From positions 992,001 through 1,056,000 of the forward strand of contig CAWJDT010000001.1 in NCBI GenBank assembly GCA_963841735.1: a DNA stretch of 64,000 nucleotides, given 5' to 3'. Within the stretch, counting starts at the first letter, position 1. Each line of letters starts with the position of its first letter. Positions 9,965 through 20,710 of this stretch are shown here, piece after piece. This stretch comes from an uncultured Actinomycetes bacterium (GTDB taxonomy: Bacteria; Actinomycetota; Thermoleophilia; RBG-16-64-13). Below the pieces are notes generated by a model. That model did no database searches. It was not told the DNA's origin and worked only from the letters and a program-made list of their open reading frames with translations. The position numbers were made by a program, and so were the translations under genes.

Positions 9965-11245
9965 CTAGGCCGGCTTGAGATCCGCATGCATCGCGTACAT
10001 CCACTCCAGGAACACTTCGCCGATGTCGGGCTTCTCCACTGAGTTGCCGGCTACCAGCGGGACGGAGCCGAGAAAGGTACCGTCGAGAGTGAAGTCCAGC
10101 ACCCCGAGCGAGTCTCCCACGTGTACCGGCATAGACACGCCACCAAGCAGGCGAGCCTGGGCTGTGACCACCTCTGTCGCGCCGAGGCGCGTGGTGAAGG
10201 CCTGTTGGCTCACCAGGCGGACCTTGCGGCCCGTGGGATCGGGCACGTCGAATTGAGCAACCAGTTCGCCGCTATCGACCAAGACCGTGGGAGGGAACTG
10301 GCTCATGCCGTAGTTGAGGAGGGCCTTGGTCTCCTTCCAGCGGGTGTCGTCGTCGGTCGCTCCCAGCAAGACGGCGATCAAGGACACACCATCGCGGGAG
10401 CCGGAGACCACCATGCAGTATCCGGCGTAGGGGGTGGATCCGGTCTTGACGCCGTTCACCCACGGGTACTCTTTCAAGAGGACGTTGCCATTCTTGTACT
10501 TGCGCACACCCTGATCCACGCCGGGGTAGGGCAATTCGTATTCGGGAGTGCTCACTATTCGCCGGAAAGTGGGGTCCCGCATGGCGTACTGGGCCATGAC
10601 CGCCAGGTCTCTGGCCGAGGAGTAGTGGTTCTCGAGATGCAGTCCGTTGGGATTGGCGAAGTGGGTGTTGGTGAGACCCATCTCCTCGGCCTTCTCGTTC
10701 ATCCTCTGGACGAAGGCCTGCACGCTGCCGCTGGTCTCCATGGCCAGAGTGAGCGCGACGTCGTTGCCGCTGGGCAGGAGCAGAGCGTACATGAGCTCTT
10801 CGACGGTGAGCACCTCCCCCCACATAAGACCGGCCAACGATCCCGCGGTGCCTGTGACGCTCTTGGGCACGATCACCTTCTCGTCTAGGTCCAGCGACTC
10901 CAGTACCAGGATCGAGGTCATTATCTTGGTGGTGGAGGCCATCGGCAGACGTTCGTCCGGCTGCTTCGAAAAGACAACTGTGCCTGTCTCGGAGTCGATG
11001 ACAATGGCAGCGGTGGCAGTCAGTTCCGGGGGTTCTTGCTCAGCTGCCGCAGCCGCGGAGCTGATTGTCTTGGGGGGGAATGTGGTGGCTGCGTAGGCGG
11101 GAGAGGCCCACTCAATCGCGAGCAGGCCGAGAGCGACAGCCGCGACGGCCATCACCAGCGCTACTAGGACGACGACGCGCGCGAGAACTACCCGGGCCGG
11201 CGATCGGCCGGTTTCGGCTGCGCTCCCCGCTGCGGGAGATCTCAT
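9965..11245 (-). CDS. D-alanyl-D-alanine carboxypeptidase (peptidase S11)
   Basis: STTK (SxxK), SGN (SxN) and KTG motifs plus an N-terminal signal/TM segment. Start is uncertain (11245 or 11284). Confidence 0.9.
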   Translation of the reverse strand: MRSPAAGSAAETGRSPARVVLARVVVLVALVMAVAAVALGLLAIEWASPAYAATTFPPKTISSAAAAAEQEPPELTATAAIVIDSETGTVVFSKQPDERLPMASTTKIMTSILVLESLDLDEKVIVPKSVTGTAGSLAGLMWGEVLTVEELMYALLLPSGNDVALTLAMETSGSVQAFVQRMNEKAEEMGLTNTHFANPNGLHLENHYSSARDLAVMAQYAMRDPTFRRIVSTPEYELPYPGVDQGVRKYKNGNVLLKEYPWVNGVKTGSTPYAGYCMVVSGSRDGVSLIAVLLGATDDDTRWKETKALLNYGMSQFPPTVLVDSGELVAQFDVPDPTGRKVRLVSQQAFTTRLGATEVVTAQARLLGGVSMPVHVGDSLGVLDFTLDGTFLGSVPLVAGNSVEKPDIGEVFLEWMYAMHADLKPA

Positions 11246-11308
11246 GACCGCGCCATGTTGGTCCGTATCCTCACCGCTCCCCATGGTAGCGGTCGAGGAC
11301 CGCTTAGG

Positions 11309-11824
11309 CTACTGCAGAACGGCGGCCTTTTTGATGACAACAGGCACCACGGGTACGTCGGAGTGAGGGCCATGCGTACCGGTGGCCACTTTTGCCATGG
11401 AATCCACGACGTCGAGCCCCTCTACCACTTTGCCGAACACCGCGTATCCCCAACCGCGGGCGTCCTTGCTCGTGTGGTCAAGGAAGCCGTTGTCGGCGAG
11501 GTTGATGAAGAACTGGCTGGATGCGCTATGCGGTTCGGAGGTGCGGGCCATAGCCACCGTTCCCCGGGTGTTCTTGAGACCATTGTCGGCCTCGTTGACG
11601 ATGCTGGGGTTGGTCTCATTCTGATGCATGTCGGCTGTGAAGCCGCCGCCCTGGATCATGAACCCCGGTATCACTCGGTGGAAGATGGTGCCGTCGAAGT
11701 GACAGGACGAAACATATGCTAGGAAGTTGGAGCTTGAAACCGGGGCCTTTTCCATGTCCAGCTCCAGGGTGATGTCACCAAGCGAAGTAGTCAGCAGCAC
11801 TTTGGGATTTGCCGGAGTTTCCAT
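11309..11824 (-). CDS. ppiB: Cyclophilin-type peptidyl-prolyl isomerase
   Basis: [25 protein letters not shown] and GYAVFGKV motifs; AAGGAG RBS. Confidence 0.92.
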   Translation of the reverse strand: METPANPKVLLTTSLGDITLELDMEKAPVSSSNFLAYVSSCHFDGTIFHRVIPGFMIQGGGFTADMHQNETNPSIVNEADNGLKNTRGTVAMARTSEPHSASSQFFINLADNGFLDHTSKDARGWGYAVFGKVVEGLDVVDSMAKVATGTHGPHSDVPVVPVVIKKAAVLQ

Positions 11825-11988
11825 TTGCTTATTCTCCTTGCCCGATCCGTAGGAAGGCCGATGTGGGCCGATCGGTATTGCTTCTATCGAACACCTATGT
11901 TCGCACACCGAGACCGGCAATGTGCCGCTGCCGGGCGTAGTCTCTTGGTAGGATGCATACAGTGAGACCCCAGAGCGAGGAGTGGAAC

Positions 11989-12786
11989 ATGCAGGACATT
12001 CCCAACCTTGAGCCTGATTCGCTCCCCGAGCACGCGGCGCTCAATCGCGAGAGTTGGAACACCGATAGCGACACCTACCAGTCGGACCACGGACCGCAAT
12101 TGGCTGCCCCAAGAGGGCCCGGCTGGGGAGTGTGGCAGATCCCCGAGACCGAATTGCGGGTGCTGGGCGATGTGAAGGGGCTAGACATCCTGGAGTTCGG
12201 CTGTGGAGGGGCGCAGTGGTCTATAGCCCTGGCGAAGCAGGGCGCACGGCCGGTGGGGCTGGACCTGTCGGACAAGCAACTGGAGCATGCGCGGCGGCTC
12301 ATGGCCGAGGCCGGGGTCGATTTCCCCCTGGTGCATGCCAGCGGCGAGGCGGTCCCGCTGCCGGACGAGAGCTTCGATGTGGTGTTCTGTGACTATGGCG
12401 CCATGACGTTCGCCGACCCCTACGCAACCGTGGCGGAGGCGTCTCGTCTGCTGCGGCCCGGAGGACTCCTGGCGTTCTGCGGTGCCACTCCCCTGATCGA
12501 GATGTGCTACCCGGACGACAGCGACCATCCCGGCGACCAGCTGATTCTGGACTACTTCGGCATGTGGTCGCTCAGATACGAGGACTACGTCGAGTTCATG
12601 CTGCCCTATGGCGCGTGGATCCGTTTGTTCCGCTCCCATGGATTCATGATCGATGACCTCATCGAACTCCGCCCTGGCCCTGAGGCGACCAGCAGCTTCC
12701 GGGACGAATCCGACCGGGAGTGGTACCGGCGGTGGCCCGGGGAGCAGATCTGGAAGGTTCGTTTGGAGGCGGCCGGCGGGGCGTAG
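11989..12786 (+). CDS. Class I SAM-dependent methyltransferase
   Basis: [22 protein letters not shown] and LLRPGG motifs; GAGGAG RBS. Confidence 0.88.
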   Translation: MQDIPNLEPDSLPEHAALNRESWNTDSDTYQSDHGPQLAAPRGPGWGVWQIPETELRVLGDVKGLDILEFGCGGAQWSIALAKQGARPVGLDLSDKQLEHARRLMAEAGVDFPLVHASGEAVPLPDESFDVVFCDYGAMTFADPYATVAEASRLLRPGGLLAFCGATPLIEMCYPDDSDHPGDQLILDYFGMWSLRYEDYVEFMLPYGAWIRLFRSHGFMIDDLIELRPGPEATSSFRDESDREWYRRWPGEQIWKVRLEAAGGA

Positions 12787-12878
12787 GGGTCTCCCCGCGT
12801 CTTGAGCGCGAAGCCACACAGGTCGTTTGAACGGCCGCCTGCACGCGTCCCGGCATCCGCGGTTCCCGTCAGTCGGAC

Positions 12879-12906
12879 TCAAGTGGTGCCGCAGGAGCGC
12901 CGATAA
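12879..12906 (+). promoter_or_regulatory. Putative sigma28 (FliA/WhiG-type) promoter
   Basis: TCAA-N16-GCCGATAA lies about 50 nt upstream of the GGDEF/HD-GYP start codon. Confidence 0.65.
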
Positions 12907-12955
12907 CCCGTGCAGCGTGAACTGTCGTGTTCTCGGATTTGCGGGAGGAGAGTCT

Positions 12956-15031
12956 TTGTCATTGCGCCTAAAGACGTATTTGCTTGTGGGATCGGCTCTC
13001 TTGTTGGCTGCATTCGCCGTGTACATGGTCTCGCAGGCGATATTGGTGGGCCAGGGGCAGTGGACGAACGAAGTCCTACGGTATGCCGCCTCGCTCGTGG
13101 GCGTCATGTTGGCGCTCGGGGTGGCGATCTCGGTGATCATCGAGACCTCGCTCTTCCGAAGGCTCTCCCGTCGCGTCACGCAGGCTCAGGCTGCCGCGTG
13201 TGCGCAGAGCGCCACCTCGGCTGATGCCAAACTGCTAAGCGACGCCGGCGCCGATGAGGAAGAGCGCCTACAGGCGATATCCACGACCCTGAAGGAACTA
13301 CAGACGCGGCACACGGACCTCGAAACGGCATACTGTCAACTTCAGCAGCTACAAGAGGCCAGTGCGTCGCTCGGGGGCAGCCTCGATCTGACCGGCGCTC
13401 TCGGCCAACTGGAAGAAGTCGCCCTGGGCATCTTCGACGCCGACGAGGTCTGGCTACTCCGCCTCCAGGCCGACCAGCAGCAGCTGATGGGCCTGCGCGG
13501 GTTCTCAAACCACCCAGAGGGCTACATCAGGCTGCCTTCGATCTTCGGCTGTTGGGGATCGGAAGCGTCCATGTCCGTGGACGCCAGCAGCCTGCTGAAA
13601 AGCATCTTCCGCGGGGGTGGGCCCGTGTTCATCGAATCTATCACCGAGATCGGACGGCCCGAGCTCGAACGCTTGTTTGATGGCGTGGTGCCGGACCTGG
13701 GAAGCTTCCATTCTCTTGCCGTGATCCCGTTGCTGGCCGAAAATCATCCCGTCGGGGTGGCCGTAGCGGCCTCAGTCCTGCCGACGCGCTTCTCGGACGA
13801 TCGCAAGTCGACCATCCACCTTTTCGCGGGCCAGGTGGCTCATGCGCTGGAGAACAACCGTGTGTACGAGGAGATCAAGGCACTCGGCGAGATCGATTCT
13901 CTTAGCGGTCTACACAACCGGCGCCGAGCTCTTGAGCAACTGGATCTAGAGGTTGCGCGCGCCCGTCGGTACGAGGGGACTTTCTCGATTCTTCTGGTCG
14001 ATATCGATAACTTCAAGAACTTCAACGAAACCTGGGGTTACCCGGCGGGCGACGAGGTGATCAAGCGTGTAGCCGGCGTGTTGCACAGCCGCAACCGGAC
14101 CTCCGATTTCGTCGGCCGCTACGGGGGCGACGAGTTCATAATGGTCCTGCCCGCGACCGTGCGCACAGGGGCGGCCACGGTAGCCGACCACATGCGCTTG
14201 GCGCTTGGCTCGCAGCCCTATATGGCTCCCGACGGTTCGGCCATACCGCTGAGGCTGAGCTTTGGGGGTGCCTCATTCCCCGAGGATGGCCACGACGCGC
14301 AATCGCTCATCGCCATCGCCGACGCCAACCTGTATGAGTCGAAGCGCTGGGGTGGCGACACCGTCACGCTCCGCCGAGAGAATCTTGGCGGCGAGGTCAT
14401 CGACGCCACGGGTTTCAGCACGCTGGACGCGTTGGTCAGCGCCGTAGACAACAAGGACCGCTACACCCGCAATCACTCGGCCCACGTCGCTGAGTATGCG
14501 GGCATGATCGTTGAATCTCTCGGCTTCAGCAAGGACAAGCAGGAAACACTTCGGGTCGCCGCGCTGCTTCACGACGTAGGCAAGATAGGCCTGCCCGACC
14601 GGATCCTTCGCAAGCCCGGGCGGCTCACTCCCGAAGAGGAGGACGCAGTCAGACAGCATTCCCTGCTCGGCAGTCTGATGGTCTCCCAGCACCTAGCCGG
14701 CAATGACGAAGTGCGCGAGGCCGTGCTTCACCATCACGAGCGCTGGGACGGTTCGGGTTATCCCGCCCAGCTGACAGGCCGCAACATATCGATGCTGGGC
14801 CGCATCCTCGCCGTCGCCGACGCCTACTCCGCTATGACCACCGATCGTCCGTACCGGGCGGGCCTGCCGCTGGAAGTAGCCTTGGGCGAACTCACCCGGG
14901 GCAGCGGCAGCCAGTTTGATCCCGAAGTGGTGCGCGTCTTCCTGACCTGCTTCGACATCAAGCCGTCACAGCAGCCGGAGGCGCAGAGACGCGAAGGGAT
15001 CCGCGGCGTGGCGGTGGTCCTCAGCAGGTAA
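12956..15031 (+). CDS. Membrane-anchored GAF-GGDEF-HD-GYP c-di-GMP turnover protein
   Basis: Two N-terminal TM segments, a GAF-like region, RTSD I-site with GGDEF, LLHDVGK and HHERWDGSGYP. TTG start follows GGAGG. Confidence 0.9.
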   Translation: MSLRLKTYLLVGSALLLAAFAVYMVSQAILVGQGQWTNEVLRYAASLVGVMLALGVAISVIIETSLFRRLSRRVTQAQAAACAQSATSADAKLLSDAGADEEERLQAISTTLKELQTRHTDLETAYCQLQQLQEASASLGGSLDLTGALGQLEEVALGIFDADEVWLLRLQADQQQLMGLRGFSNHPEGYIRLPSIFGCWGSEASMSVDASSLLKSIFRGGGPVFIESITEIGRPELERLFDGVVPDLGSFHSLAVIPLLAENHPVGVAVAASVLPTRFSDDRKSTIHLFAGQVAHALENNRVYEEIKALGEIDSLSGLHNRRRALEQLDLEVARARRYEGTFSILLVDIDNFKNFNETWGYPAGDEVIKRVAGVLHSRNRTSDFVGRYGGDEFIMVLPATVRTGAATVADHMRLALGSQPYMAPDGSAIPLRLSFGGASFPEDGHDAQSLIAIADANLYESKRWGGDTVTLRRENLGGEVIDATGFSTLDALVSAVDNKDRYTRNHSAHVAEYAGMIVESLGFSKDKQETLRVAALLHDVGKIGLPDRILRKPGRLTPEEEDAVRQHSLLGSLMVSQHLAGNDEVREAVLHHHERWDGSGYPAQLTGRNISMLGRILAVADAYSAMTTDRPYRAGLPLEVALGELTRGSGSQFDPEVVRVFLTCFDIKPSQQPEAQRREGIRGVAVVLSR

Positions 15032-15100
15032 CACCTCCCCGCGGCCTTCCCGCGGCGGCGTATTCCGTCGCGGGGCGGGCTGTATGCCCTCGTCGCCCCT

Positions 15101-15673
15101 CTAGTAGGTCTCGGACCAGAGCTCGTAGTACGCCTGTGCGTGCTTGCAGGCCGGGCACTCGTCCGGAGCCTCGGTACCCTCGTGGATGTAGCCGCAGTTG
15201 CGGCAGTGCCACTTGACCACCGTGTCGCGCTTGAACACCCGGTCGTTCTTGACGTTGGCAAGGAGCTTGCGGTACCGGAGCTCGTGTTGCTCCTCCACCT
15301 CGGCGATCTCGGTGAACGAAGTGGCCACGTCGGCGAAGCCCTCTTCTGTGGCTGTCGCGGCGAAGGCGGGATAAAGTGTGCCCCACTCTTCCTTCTCCCC
15401 CTCGGCGGCCGCCAGAAGATTGTCGGCGGTCTCGGCCGTCTTGCCGGCGGGATACGTGGCGGTGATCTCGGCGGGCCCGCCTTCGAGGTAGTCGAAGAAG
15501 ATCTGGGCGTGCTCTCGCTCGTTCTCGGCCGTCTCGAGGAAGATGGCGCTGATCTGCTCCAGCCCCTCCTTCTTGGCTACGCTTGCGAAGAAGGTATAGC
15601 GGTTGCGGGCCTGGCTTTCGCCGGCAAACGCTTTTAGCAGGTTCTGTTCGGTCTTCGTCCCTTTGATGCCCAT
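15101..15673 (-). CDS. rbr: Rubrerythrin
   Basis: AFAGESQARNRY, EREH and EEQH di-iron motifs; C-terminal CRNCG..CPAC rubredoxin domain. Confidence 0.95.
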   Translation of the reverse strand: MGIKGTKTEQNLLKAFAGESQARNRYTFFASVAKKEGLEQISAIFLETAENEREHAQIFFDYLEGGPAEITATYPAGKTAETADNLLAAAEGEKEEWGTLYPAFAATATEEGFADVATSFTEIAEVEEQHELRYRKLLANVKNDRVFKRDTVVKWHCRNCGYIHEGTEAPDECPACKHAQAYYELWSETY

Positions 15674-15866
15674 CGTCTGCGGACTCTCCTTTCGATCAAG
15701 TTCGGCGGGTGGTCTATTCCCACAACGGCTGGTGTCCAATCCGGCACCCGACCCTAGTGCCGCCCGTAGTTTTGCTTATGGCCAGCTTATGCCACAATTG
15801 CCACAATCGTAGCCACGTGCATGTTAGACCATGTCGATCGTCCGGTTGGGCGGCAAGGATGCGCGA

Positions 15867-17648
15867 ATGCGTGCGACTCGCCTCGGTAGAGTGGGCCTTC
15901 TCTTGGCTCTAGGCGCCGTGCTGGTCTCGTCCGTCCTGGCGGGTGGGTGTGGGTCGACCGAGACCGTGGGTGCGGAACAGGGCTCCGCGGGCTTAGCCGA
16001 AGACTACGAAGCCATCATGGCCGACCGCTACAGCGAGCTGTTTCCCGATGACAAGGTGCAGACGGTGCGCATAATCATGGACGACGCCGACTGGAAGGAC
16101 ATGCAGGCCGATATCCGGTCGAAGGAGTACTTCAAGGCGGACATCTGGATCGACGACGAACTGGTGCAGGACGTCGCAGTGCGTACCAAAGGGAGCAGTT
16201 CCCTGATGTTCGCTGACTCCGCGGGTGGTTTCCGGGCCGGACTCAAGGTGGACTTCAACTTCTTCAACGCGGCGCGGTCGTATCACGGCATCACTAAGCT
16301 GGCGTACAACAACGGCTTCAGCGACCCTACTCTAATGAAGGAGTTCCTGGGCTATGAGCTCATGGCTCTTATGGGCCTGCCGACTCCGCGCGCCTGCTTT
16401 GTGGACGTCTGGGTGAACGGTTTCCATGTGGGGGTCTACACGCAGGTGGAGGCAGTCGATGGCCGGTTCATCGCCGAGAACTTTGCCGATGCCAATGGCA
16501 ACCTGTACAAACCAGAGATCAAGGCCGGGGCGCTCGACTGGACCGAAGCCGATGTGGCAGGCGAGACTAAGTCCGCCGCCGCGGGGAGCAGTACGACTAC
16601 CACCACGGCGTCGTTCAACATCGGTGGGGGAGATTTTGCGGAGATCATCGACCGGCTGGGCGAAGACGCCGGTTGGATACCTGGCTGGACCAGCGCGTCC
16701 GAGGAGGTGGGGACCTCCGCGGGTGGGGCCGGGCCTGCCCAGGCCGGCGGCTTTCCGGGCGGCGCAGGCGGTTTCATGGACTTCGACAGCGACTTGCTGA
16801 CATCGATGGGTCTGAGGAGCAACGAGAACTCTCCCGACTACTCCGGGTTGTACGAGCTGCTTGGGGTGCTCAACTCCGACCCTGGCCAGGTCTCCAAGGC
16901 TGATCTCGAGCGCGTCCTGGAGGTGGACGAAGTCCTGCGGTTCCTGGCCTTATCGGTGGCCCTGGTGCACCTGGACAACTACATGGGCATGGGACACAAC
17001 TACTATCTCTACGAGGACGGCGGCCGCTTCCGGATAATCCCGTGGGATCTGAACATGTCGTTCGGGGGCTTTCCTTCCGGGCTGAGCAAAGAGCAGATCC
17101 TTGGCTACTACATCGACGAACCGACTGCGGCCGCAGTGGATGAGTACCCTCTGGTCGAGCAGCTCATAGACGAGCCGGAGTACTTGGCCACCTACCGCGG
17201 GTATCTGGAGCAGCTGATAGAAGGGCCTTTCTCGGTGGAGAGGATGACTGCCCGCATCAACGAGATCGCGGATCTCATCCGGCCCTACGTCGAGAAAGAC
17301 GACAACGGCTTTTACACCATCGCCGAATTCGAGCAGGGCCTCACACAGGATCTGTCGAGCACCAAGGCAAACATGGGCGCCATGGGGGGATCGTTCATAG
17401 GGCTCACCTACTTCGTGCAGCAGCGGGTCGCCTCCATTGCGGCGCAGTTGAGCGGAGAGACGCCGGCGAGCAACGGTGACGGCAGCGGCAACGGCGGCGC
17501 AAAAGGTTTGGCCGGCCTCATGGGTCGTGGCCAAAAGCCGAGCGGAATCATTGGGGCCGTCGTAGGTGGAGGCGGCGCGCCGCCCGGCGGCGCGACCGGT
17601 CCTGGTGGCGGCGTTCCCCCGGCTGGGGCTGCCCCTGAAGGTCCGTGA
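15867..17648 (+). CDS. CotH family atypical kinase, probable lipoprotein
   Basis: Signal peptide with LAGGC. VAVRTKGSSS, LKVDFN, DPTLMKE, GVYTQVE, GNLYK, DNY..HNYYLY and IPWDLNMSFG are CotH motifs. Confidence 0.88.
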   Translation: MRATRLGRVGLLLALGAVLVSSVLAGGCGSTETVGAEQGSAGLAEDYEAIMADRYSELFPDDKVQTVRIIMDDADWKDMQADIRSKEYFKADIWIDDELVQDVAVRTKGSSSLMFADSAGGFRAGLKVDFNFFNAARSYHGITKLAYNNGFSDPTLMKEFLGYELMALMGLPTPRACFVDVWVNGFHVGVYTQVEAVDGRFIAENFADANGNLYKPEIKAGALDWTEADVAGETKSAAAGSSTTTTTASFNIGGGDFAEIIDRLGEDAGWIPGWTSASEEVGTSAGGAGPAQAGGFPGGAGGFMDFDSDLLTSMGLRSNENSPDYSGLYELLGVLNSDPGQVSKADLERVLEVDEVLRFLALSVALVHLDNYMGMGHNYYLYEDGGRFRIIPWDLNMSFGGFPSGLSKEQILGYYIDEPTAAAVDEYPLVEQLIDEPEYLATYRGYLEQLIEGPFSVERMTARINEIADLIRPYVEKDDNGFYTIAEFEQGLTQDLSSTKANMGAMGGSFIGLTYFVQQRVASIAAQLSGETPASNGDGSGNGGAKGLAGLMGRGQKPSGIIGAVVGGGGAPPGGATGPGGGVPPAGAAPEGP

Positions 17649-19468
17649 GGTTCTCGCTGCCCCGGCCCCTGCCCGGGCCCCGGCACCGGCCCCCGGGCAG
17701 GGCCGAGCGGCGGCCTTGGTGGGCGATCGCCGGCCTGGCCGCGATCGCCGCGCTAGCGCTAGCGCTCTACACCTGGTCGCTATCCCGGAACGGGATGGCC
17801 AACAGCTACTATGCCGCCGCGGTCAAGAGCGCGAGCCTCAGCTGGAAGGCCTTCCTGTTCGGGTCGCTGGACCCGGGGTCTTTCATCACCGTGGACAAGC
17901 CGCCCGCGGCCATATGGATCATGGCTCTATCGGCGCGGGTCTTCGGCTTCTCCAGTTGGAGTATGCTGGTGCCCCAGGCTCTAGCCGGAGTGGCTTCGGT
18001 TCTGGTGCTGCACCGGCTGGTGCGCCGCTGGGCCGGCGAGATAGCGGGTCTCCTTGCTGCGTTGGCCTTCGCTCTTACTCCGGTCGCCGTGGTGATCTTC
18101 CGCTACAACAACCCGGACGCCCTTCTGACTCTTCTGCTCCTGCTGGCAGCCTGGGGGGTGTGGTCGGCGGTGGAGTCGGGTTCTACCTGCAAGCTCGCCT
18201 TGGCCGGTGTGGCGCTGGGCTTCGCCTTTTTGACCAAGATGCTCATGGCTTTCATGGTGCTTCCGGCTTTCACGGTTGTCTACCTGCTCTTTGGGCCGCC
18301 ACGGCTGAGCCGGCGGGTCGTGCAACTGGCGGCTGCCCTAGGGGCGATGCTGGTTTCGGGCGGATGGTGGCTCCTGGTGGTTGGACTCATGCCGGAGGCC
18401 GGCCGCCCCTATGTGGGCGGCACCACCGGCAACTCTTGGCTGGAGCTCGTCACCAGTCGCACAGGTGGGTACCTATCCACGGCCGCGCAAACTGCCCAGT
18501 CGAGCGGTGATCCGGGTTGGCTGAGGGTCTTCAACAACCTGCTCGGGGGACAGGCGGCATGGTTTGTCCCAGTGGCGCTGGCCGGATTGGTGGCCGGTCT
18601 CGGGCTCAGCCGCCGGGCGGCGCGGACCGACAGGGTTCGGGCAGGCTACGTGCTCTGGGGGCTGTGGACGTTGGTCATGATGTTGGTCTTCAGTTACGTC
18701 CAGGGTACCTTCCACTCTTACTACACCGTGGTGCTTGCGCCCGGGGTGGCGGCGCTTGCGGGCGCGGGCAGCGTGGAACTCTGGCGTATCGGCCGCAAGA
18801 CAAAGAGATTGTGCTGGTTGCTCCCGGCGGTGATAGCGGGCGCGGCGGTGTGGTCGGGGCTACTCCTGATGAGGGTCTCGGGCTACGCACCGGGGCTCGC
18901 TCTGGCTGTCATCGTGACGGGCGGCGTAGCCTCTCTTATCCTTCTCGCGGTGGCTCTGTGGCCCGCTCGCCTTCGGGCCCGGCGGGGTCTGCTCCTTGGC
19001 GCCGTGGTTGTGGGTGCAGCTGCCCTTCTTGCCGGTCCCCTGGCCTTTGACGTGAGCACGGCGCAAAGAATCATCAATGGCAACGACGTCAAGGCTGGAC
19101 CGATAACGCGCGAGTCGCTCGGCGGCAGCGTTGACGATCTGACGATCGACGAGGGACTGGTTGCTTACTTGCAGGAGCGCCAGGCGGGGGCCAGATACCT
19201 TGTAGCAGTGCAGACCACCACGGCATCTGTGCCGCTGATCCTTGCCACGGGCGAACCCGTGGTCACCATCGGCGGCTATAAGGGCCGGGATCCCGTCCCC
19301 ACAGTGGCGCAACTGGAGCGCATGGTCGCCACGGGCGAACTACGCTATGCCCTCCTCAGGGATACCGGGGACGCGGTCACTGCGTGGATCGTGGAACGCG
19401 GCACCGTCGTCCCGACCACGGAGTACGATGGCAATTCGATCGACGGGACGCTGTACTGCCTGCCCTGA
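17645..19468 (+). CDS. GT-C fold glycosyltransferase family 39 / ArnT-PMT-like
   Basis: ANSYYAAAVKS, FITVDKPP, RYNNPD, GFAFLTKML and FHSYY motifs. GTGA overlap with the cotH stop. Confidence 0.88.
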   Translation: MRFSLPRPLPGPRHRPPGRAERRPWWAIAGLAAIAALALALYTWSLSRNGMANSYYAAAVKSASLSWKAFLFGSLDPGSFITVDKPPAAIWIMALSARVFGFSSWSMLVPQALAGVASVLVLHRLVRRWAGEIAGLLAALAFALTPVAVVIFRYNNPDALLTLLLLLAAWGVWSAVESGSTCKLALAGVALGFAFLTKMLMAFMVLPAFTVVYLLFGPPRLSRRVVQLAAALGAMLVSGGWWLLVVGLMPEAGRPYVGGTTGNSWLELVTSRTGGYLSTAAQTAQSSGDPGWLRVFNNLLGGQAAWFVPVALAGLVAGLGLSRRAARTDRVRAGYVLWGLWTLVMMLVFSYVQGTFHSYYTVVLAPGVAALAGAGSVELWRIGRKTKRLCWLLPAVIAGAAVWSGLLLMRVSGYAPGLALAVIVTGGVASLILLAVALWPARLRARRGLLLGAVVVGAAALLAGPLAFDVSTAQRIINGNDVKAGPITRESLGGSVDDLTIDEGLVAYLQERQAGARYLVAVQTTTASVPLILATGEPVVTIGGYKGRDPVPTVAQLERMVATGELRYALLRDTGDAVTAWIVERGTVVPTTEYDGNSIDGTLYCLP

Positions 19469-19611
19469 CTTCTGCTAGGGCCCGCGGCCCGGACAGCGCC
19501 CTGTCGGCGCGGATGGCTCTCCAAGGTACTTGACGCTGACCTTATCCGAGGCCTTCTAAGCTGCATGCTGTGCTCCTAGAAACCAGACCTTCACCCAGGT
19601 GGATGCTCGCG

Positions 19612-20709
19612 ATGCAGAAGACGACCAAAGCGCTCATAGGGACGGCGATCCTGGTATGCCTGATCATTCTTTGTGTGATATTGGCGACTACCGTGACCGG
19701 CGAGGCCGCGGCTACCCTGCAGGAGCCCACGCCGTTCACCGCAGAGGGGTCTTCTGCTGATGATCCGGCTGCCGAGTACGCCGAGGGCGTCATAGACATC
19801 TCCCTGGGCGATACGACCACGGTGAGTGGTGCCGGAGCGAGCGTCGAGGGCAGTACGGTCACCATCTCCGCCGCGGGTGTCTATCACGTTTCCGGCGCGC
19901 TTGCCGACGGGCAGATCGACATAAACGCCAAGGGCAAGGTCTACCTGGAGTTCGACGGCGTCGACATCACGTGCAGCTTCGGGCCGGCTCTCATGATCAC
20001 CGACGCGAAGAAGGTGACACTGACGCTGGCGGAAGGCACTACCAACTCGCTCGCCGACGCCAGATCTGCCTGCGCGAACGACGCGGCCTTGTTTACAAAC
20101 GACACCCTTGTCATCAACGGCAGCGGTACTCTGGTGGTCACCGGTAACAACAATGAGGGCATATCGAGCGACGACGACCTCATCATCAACAGCGGCACTG
20201 TGAGGGTGACGGCGGTGGACGACGGGCTGAACGCACACGATGACATCACGATAAACGACGGCGCTGTGTATATCCTTGCCGGCGGCGATGGTGTCGACTC
20301 CAACGGCACGGTGCATCTAAACGGAGGCACGCTGGTGTCCTTCGGCGGTACGGACGACGGCGACGGGGGGCTGGATGCCGTCGGAGCCTTCACAGTCGCG
20401 GGGGGTAGCGCGGTGCTCGCAGGCAACGCGATCGCTGACCCTGACGGTGAATCCCGCCGAGCATCGCTCTACGTGGCGACGGGGTCGGTCCAGGCCGCGG
20501 GAACCGTGGTGCGGGTCGAACGGGACGGCGAAGAGATTCTCACCATCACGGCCGCGAAGGGGTTCCGGAACCTCCTCTTGACCTCCGGCGAACTGATCAA
20601 GAATGCCACGTATCAGGTCTACGTCGGGGGCTCAGGTACCGCGCTGCCGGCCGTTGCGGCCGCCTCTCGTCTGGTCGCCGGCGTCGCAGTTGAATCGGAC
20701 CGGCAGTGA
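19612..20709 (+). CDS. Carbohydrate-binding domain protein (Cthe_2159/DUF4353-like beta-helix), short form
   Basis: VTISAAGVYHVSGALADGQI, LINGSGTL-type repeats, DDGLNA and GDGVDSNG repeats; N-terminal TM/signal. Confidence 0.8.
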   Translation: MQKTTKALIGTAILVCLIILCVILATTVTGEAAATLQEPTPFTAEGSSADDPAAEYAEGVIDISLGDTTTVSGAGASVEGSTVTISAAGVYHVSGALADGQIDINAKGKVYLEFDGVDITCSFGPALMITDAKKVTLTLAEGTTNSLADARSACANDAALFTNDTLVINGSGTLVVTGNNNEGISSDDDLIINSGTVRVTAVDDGLNAHDDITINDGAVYILAGGDGVDSNGTVHLNGGTLVSFGGTDDGDGGLDAVGAFTVAGGSAVLAGNAIADPDGESRRASLYVATGSVQAAGTVVRVERDGEEILTITAAKGFRNLLLTSGELIKNATYQVYVGGSGTALPAVAAASRLVAGVAVESDRQ

Positions 20710-20710
20710 G

